Source: an archaeon
Lineage (GTDB): Archaea; Iainarchaeota; Iainarchaeia; Iainarchaeales; 1-14-0-10-31-34
Length of the DNA stretch: 11,425 nucleotides
Assembly (NCBI GenBank): GCA_024277355.1
Contig: JAJRVL010000010.1
Span: forward strand, 1 to 11,425
Reading direction: 5' to 3'
The notes under the pieces are model-generated. The model made no database searches and was not told where the DNA came from. It worked only from the letters and a program-made list of their open reading frames with translations. Made by a program: the position numbers and the translations under genes. This document shows positions 7,504-11,425 of this stretch, piece after piece (the stretch's first letter is position 1; each line of letters starts with the position of its first letter).

Positions 7504-8413
7504 TTGTTTTCTTCCTTTTTAGAATAAAACTGAATTCATCATAAAATAATGCAAGAAAAACTCCTGCAATAATATAAGATGAAACTAGAAAAATAAACGC
7601 TATTAAAGCAGAATATTCTGGCCCAACTCCAACTAAAGAATAAAGATAAATCAAAATTCCTTCTCTTAATCCTAAACCATTAATTGTTATGGGAATAAGC
7701 CCTATAAGTAGTGCTAAAGATGAAATTAATGCAATATCAATTAATTCAACTTTTTGCCCTAATGCTGAGAATAATATTTGTGTTATCCAAAACATTAAAA
7801 TAAAATTAATTAAAGAAAAAAAGTAATTTGTCAATATTGCTTTTTTTTCAGTTTTAAGATATTCTTTACTTTCTATGAATAATTTATAAATTTTGTTAAC
7901 TAATTTTATTTTTTTTATTTTGTTTTTTAATCCAAGTAAAATAAAAACAACTATAAAAAAAGTAATCAAATAACTAATATCTGGTTTAACTTCAAAATAT
8001 TTTATTAATGCTATTAAAGAAAAAAACCCTATAATTGAAAAAGAAACAAATCTGTCAATAAAGAAAATAGCAAGTGCTTTTTTTGTTGAAACATCTGCTT
8101 TTTTTAAAAGCAAAGCAAAAGACATTTCGCCTATTTTTCCCGGCAAAAACATTCCAGTTGACCAGCTTATTGCTTTAAATCTAAATGTCTGATAAGTTGT
8201 TGTTTTAAGAAATGGTTTTACTGCTAAAGTAGTGATTACTGTTGAAACAACAAAAAAAAATCCAACTAAAACAAAATATTCAATTTTTATCTTTGTTAAT
8301 GCATCTGAAATTTCTTTTAATCCTATAAATTGAATTATAAAAAATAGGATGATAATACTTGTTGCTGTTTTTAGGACAGTTTTTAATTTATTGTTTTTAT
8401 TCATTTCAATCAA
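7496..8413 (-). CDS. Lysylphosphatidylglycerol synthase TM region / UPF0104 family integral membrane protein (putative flippase-like, AglD C-domain-like)
   Basis: 305 aa polytopic; SWSTGMFLPGKIGEMSFALLLKK and GLIPITINGLGLREG signatures; 8-nt overlap with the downstream JAMM gene. The start may be the internal ATG at 8404. Confidence 0.8.
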   Translation of the reverse strand: MIEMNKNNKLKTVLKTATSIIILFFIIQFIGLKEISDALTKIKIEYFVLVGFFFVVSTVITTLAVKPFLKTTTYQTFRFKAISWSTGMFLPGKIGEMSFALLLKKADVSTKKALAIFFIDRFVSFSIIGFFSLIALIKYFEVKPDISYLITFFIVVFILLGLKNKIKKIKLVNKIYKLFIESKEYLKTEKKAILTNYFFSLINFILMFWITQILFSALGQKVELIDIALISSLALLIGLIPITINGLGLREGILIYLYSLVGVGPEYSALIAFIFLVSSYIIAGVFLALFYDEFSFILKRKKTNA

Positions 8414-8444
8414 TCTTTACTAAAAATAATTCAAGGCAATTCAA

Positions 8445-8453
8445 TTAAAAATA
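8445..8453 (+). promoter_or_regulatory. Candidate TATA box for the methyltransferase gene
   Basis: TTAAAAATA centred 26 nt upstream of the ATG at 8475, consistent with a leaderless transcript. Confidence 0.35.
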
Positions 8454-8461
8454 GCTTTTGA

Positions 8462-8469
8462 TTTATAAA
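8462..8469 (-). promoter_or_regulatory. Candidate TATA box for the flippase-like/JAMM transcript
   Basis: Palindromic TTTATAAA about 52 nt upstream of the ATG at 8413. It is too close to the plus-strand start at 8475 to serve that gene. Confidence 0.35.
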
Positions 8470-8474
8470 TAACT

Positions 8475-9287
8475 ATGGAAAAGATAAAAGAAAGAGCATC
8501 TTTTAGCTGTTCTGTTTTTGCCGAAAACTGGAAATCATTAGAAGAATATCTTCTTTTTTTAAAGGAAATTTTTGCATATGATTTTGCAGCAAATAAAATT
8601 TCTAAAGATTCAACAGTATTAGAGCTTGGTTTTGGAGAAGGTTTTGGAACAAAAATGCTTGCAAAAAAAGCAAAAAAAGTTTTTGCATTAGATGTAGACG
8701 AAAAAGCATTTAATCATGCAAAACAAAAATATTCTTCTGAAAAAATACTTTTTAGTTTATATAACGGAAAAAAAATTCCTTTTGAAGATAACTATTTTGA
8801 TGCAGTTGTTTCTTTACAGGTAATTGAACATATCAAAGACGATTTTAATTTTGTTAATGAAATTTACCGAGTAACAAAAAAAAACGCAGTAGTAATTATT
8901 ACGACGCCTAATAGAAAAATAAGACTTAAAGAAAACAGCAAACCCTGGAATGAATTTCATTGCAAAGAATATTCAGAAAAAGAGCTTGAAAATTTGTTTA
9001 ATAATTTCAGTTCAGTAAATATTTTTGGAGTGTTTGCAAGTAAAGAAATTATGAAAACAGAATTAAACAGAATTAAAAAAGCAGTTTTTATGGCTTCATT
9101 AGATCCCTTTAAATTAAGAAAATTTTTTCCATTTTATTTAAAAAATACTCTAAAAAAAATAATAAAAAAAGTATTTGCAAATGAAAAAAGAGAATTTGAC
9201 CAGAAAAAATTCAGTCATAAAGATTTTTTTATTTCAGAAAAAAATGCAGATAACTCTCTTGACTTACTAGCAGTGTGTAGAAAATAA
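8475..9287 (+). CDS. Class I SAM-dependent methyltransferase
   Basis: 270 aa; motif I VLELGFGEGFGTKML, acidic VFALDVDEKA, PFEDNYFDAVVSLQVIEHIKD, motif III-like VIITTPNR. Confidence 0.9.
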   Translation: MEKIKERASFSCSVFAENWKSLEEYLLFLKEIFAYDFAANKISKDSTVLELGFGEGFGTKMLAKKAKKVFALDVDEKAFNHAKQKYSSEKILFSLYNGKKIPFEDNYFDAVVSLQVIEHIKDDFNFVNEIYRVTKKNAVVIITTPNRKIRLKENSKPWNEFHCKEYSEKELENLFNNFSSVNIFGVFASKEIMKTELNRIKKAVFMASLDPFKLRKFFPFYLKNTLKKIIKKVFANEKREFDQKKFSHKDFFISEKNADNSLDLLAVCRK

Positions 9288-9289
9288 AA

Positions 9290-10399
9290 TCAGTTTATTT
9301 CATTTAATCTTTCTTTTAATTCTTTTCCAATTTTTTCTATAATAAATTTTTCTTTAAATAAATTATATCCATTTAAAGCTATTCTTTCTCTTAAAACTTT
9401 ATTTTTTTTAAGTTCAATTATAGTGTTAGCAAGACTTTTTTCACCATTCATTCTGCAAAAAAATATGTTTTCTTTATGGCTAAACACCTCTTTCACTGCT
9501 TTAGATTCTCTTGTTATTACAGGTTTTTTCATTGCAATACATTGAAATACTTTGTTTGGAATTACATTTGAAGCTTTTTCTGTTTTCCCAAAAATTCCCA
9601 AACAGACATCAAATCTTGCAATTTTTCCTGGAAGTTCTTCTAATTTAACTGGTTTAAAAAATTTAATATTTGAAATATTGTTTTGTTTTGCTAAATTACT
9701 TATTTCCACATAAAGCTGTCCTTTTCCTATTATTTCAAACTCGATGTTTTCTTTTTCAAGTATTTTTACTGCTTTAATAATATATTTTATTCCATGTAAT
9801 GGAATAAAAGTTCCATAAAATCCTACTTTAAATTTTTTGTTTTCTTTTGGTTTTTTTGGGTAAAAAATTGTTTCATCTGCCCCAACAAAAACTTTAATGA
9901 ATTTATTTTTGTTTAATCCAAATTTGTTTGTAAAATAATTTATATGTGATTCAGTATCAAGAATTATTTTGTTGCTTAATTTTAATCCAAATTTTTCCAG
10001 ATAAAATACTATTTTTGCGGTAATTGAATTTTCTTTTATTACTTTTCTGTCTTCAATTAAAGTGTTGTAAATAGAAACTAAAGGATTAATTACGAGTTTT
10101 TTTCTTGAAAAAAAAGAAATTATTTTAGCTAAAAAAACATCAGGGAAAGAAGGAAACCCAACTAAAATTAAATCGTAGTTTTTTATTTTAACAGATTTTA
10201 TAATTAATTTTAAATAAGCTGAAAAATAATCAATTATTAAACTAAGATTTTCTATTATAAAATTTTTTGAGTATTTTTTTCTTTTTTTTATTGGAACATT
10301 AATTTCAATTACTTTAACATCATTTTTTTTTAGCCCTTCAATAAAAATCTTGTTTCTTGGATAATTTTTTTCATATGTACCAAAATAAAGTATTTTCAT
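9290..10399 (-). CDS. Glycosyltransferase family 4 (GT-B)
   Basis: 369 aa; FKVGFYGTFIPLHGIKYIIKAVKIL, EIIGKG, NISNIKFFKPVKLEELPGKIARFDVCLGIFG, VFQCIAMKKPVITRESKAVKEVF. Confidence 0.88.
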   Translation of the reverse strand: MKILYFGTYEKNYPRNKIFIEGLKKNDVKVIEINVPIKKRKKYSKNFIIENLSLIIDYFSAYLKLIIKSVKIKNYDLILVGFPSFPDVFLAKIISFFSRKKLVINPLVSIYNTLIEDRKVIKENSITAKIVFYLEKFGLKLSNKIILDTESHINYFTNKFGLNKNKFIKVFVGADETIFYPKKPKENKKFKVGFYGTFIPLHGIKYIIKAVKILEKENIEFEIIGKGQLYVEISNLAKQNNISNIKFFKPVKLEELPGKIARFDVCLGIFGKTEKASNVIPNKVFQCIAMKKPVITRESKAVKEVFSHKENIFFCRMNGEKSLANTIIELKKNKVLRERIALNGYNLFKEKFIIEKIGKELKERLNEIN

Positions 10400-10403
10400 T
10401 TTT

Positions 10404-11288
10404 TCACTTTTTCATGTCAGCCAGAAAACCAAATAAAATAATTTGTAATCCGGTTACAATTAAAATCATTGTTAAAATCATTAAGGCAATATGCCCTTCT
10501 ATTCCTGAAGTTAAATGCAAAAACACTAAATATAACCCCGTCAAAAAACCTAATCCAAATAAGCTTCCTCCAATTAAACCAAAAAACTTTAATGGAGCAT
10601 AATCTCTGTAAACTCTTAAAATGTTAAGCCATGCTTTAATTGCATAATCAAAAGGATTAGACATTAACCTGCTTTCTCCTTGAGTTCTTTTTCTGAAAGT
10701 GCATGGAATTTCTTTTACTTTAAATTTTTCTTTTGTTGTTCTGATTATTTGTTCTTGTGTGTAAGTGTAATTTGCGATTATATCTAATTTTGCTATTTTT
10801 TGGTTAAATGCTCTAAATCCTGTTTGTGCATCAGTTATTTGCTGGTGAGTTATGTTTGAAATCACTTTAGAGAAAGCTTTGTTGCCTAATTTTTTGATTA
10901 AAGGCATTTCTTCTATTTTTCCTGCAAATCTGCTTGCTAAAACTAAATCATTTCCTTTTCTTACTTCTTTTATCATTAAAGGAATTATTTTTGGGTCATA
11001 TTGTCCGTCTGCGTCAACATGAATTATTATTTCAGGATTTAATTTTAATGCCTGTTTCATTTCTGTTCTAAAAGTTTCAGCTAAACCTGAATTTCTTGGA
11101 TGAGAAAAAACAATTGCATTTTCTTTTTTTGCTTCTATTACAGTATTATCTTTACTGCCGTCATCTAATACAAGAATTTTATATTCTTCATTTTTCAGAT
11201 ATTGTTTTAATTCTCTTATCACTGAAGAAATTGTTTTTTCTTCATTGAATGCAGGAATAGTTATTACAATTATTTTTTTTCCCCTCAT
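10404..11288 (-). CDS. Glycosyltransferase family 2, dolichyl-phosphate sugar synthase (DPM1)-like, with two C-terminal TM helices
   Basis: 294 aa; IVITIPAFNEEKTISSVI, VLDDGSKDNT, IIHVDADGQYDP, DAQTGFRAFN, followed by two hydrophobic helices; 4 nt from the downstream GT4 start. Confidence 0.9.
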   Translation of the reverse strand: MRGKKIIVITIPAFNEEKTISSVIRELKQYLKNEEYKILVLDDGSKDNTVIEAKKENAIVFSHPRNSGLAETFRTEMKQALKLNPEIIIHVDADGQYDPKIIPLMIKEVRKGNDLVLASRFAGKIEEMPLIKKLGNKAFSKVISNITHQQITDAQTGFRAFNQKIAKLDIIANYTYTQEQIIRTTKEKFKVKEIPCTFRKRTQGESRLMSNPFDYAIKAWLNILRVYRDYAPLKFFGLIGGSLFGLGFLTGLYLVFLHLTSGIEGHIALMILTMILIVTGLQIILFGFLADMKK

Positions 11289-11425
11289 TATTTTTAAGTT
11301 AAACTGATATAATTAATACAATACTTAAATAAAAAAAGTGGTATTTTGTTTGAATTTATAGCTTTTCTGATAACTTTAACAATTCCTGGTTATTTGTTGG
11401 TTGAAAAGCATTTTTTTGGTTTGGA
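11285..11425. repeat. Right copy of the exact 141-bp terminal direct repeat
   Basis: Same string as 1-141; contains the GT2 start codon, the divergent intergenic region and the first ~80 nt of the membrane glycosyltransferase gene. Confidence 0.97.

Noticed and set aside
10357-10602. 81-aa plus-strand ORF
   Set aside because: Antisense to the GT2 3' end and GT4 5' end, both strongly supported.
1-11425. CRISPR array, tandem repeats, tRNA/rRNA genes, transposon or retroelement
   Set aside because: Inspection found no regularly spaced repeats, RNA-gene-like GC-rich blocks, transposase, reverse transcriptase or terminal inverted repeats. The only large repeat is the 141-bp terminal direct one.

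Overview
AT-rich, very compact window with archaeal features (class III signal-peptide pilin-like proteins, ATGA-coupled genes, TATA-like boxes about 26-30 nt upstream of start codons). It is probably from a DPANN-type or other uncultivated archaeon, but that assignment is inference. Gene content is a surface/glycosylation-type neighbourhood: a GT-C-like membrane glycosyltransferase, a class II glutamine amidotransferase/asparagine synthase, a four-gene cluster of short pilin-like secreted proteins, a bacterial-type cofactor-independent phosphoglycerate mutase, a JAMM/MPN metallopeptidase-like protein, an LPG-synthase/UPF0104-like integral membrane protein, a class I methyltransferase, a GT4 and a GT2. 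Three observations stand out. (1) Bases 1-141 are repeated exactly at 11285-11425, so the sequence closes as an 11,284-bp circle (or one unit of a tandem repeat, or an assembly-graph loop), yet no replication or recombination gene is visible. (2) The membrane glycosyltransferase gene is interrupted by an in-frame TAA, with coding sequence continuing in the same frame straight after it. (3) The last pilin-like gene (3503-4069, minus) has an in-frame TGA at codon 10, which the ORF track hides by reporting only a 73-aa tail. I found no CRISPR array, tRNA/rRNA, transposase or recognisable defence system.
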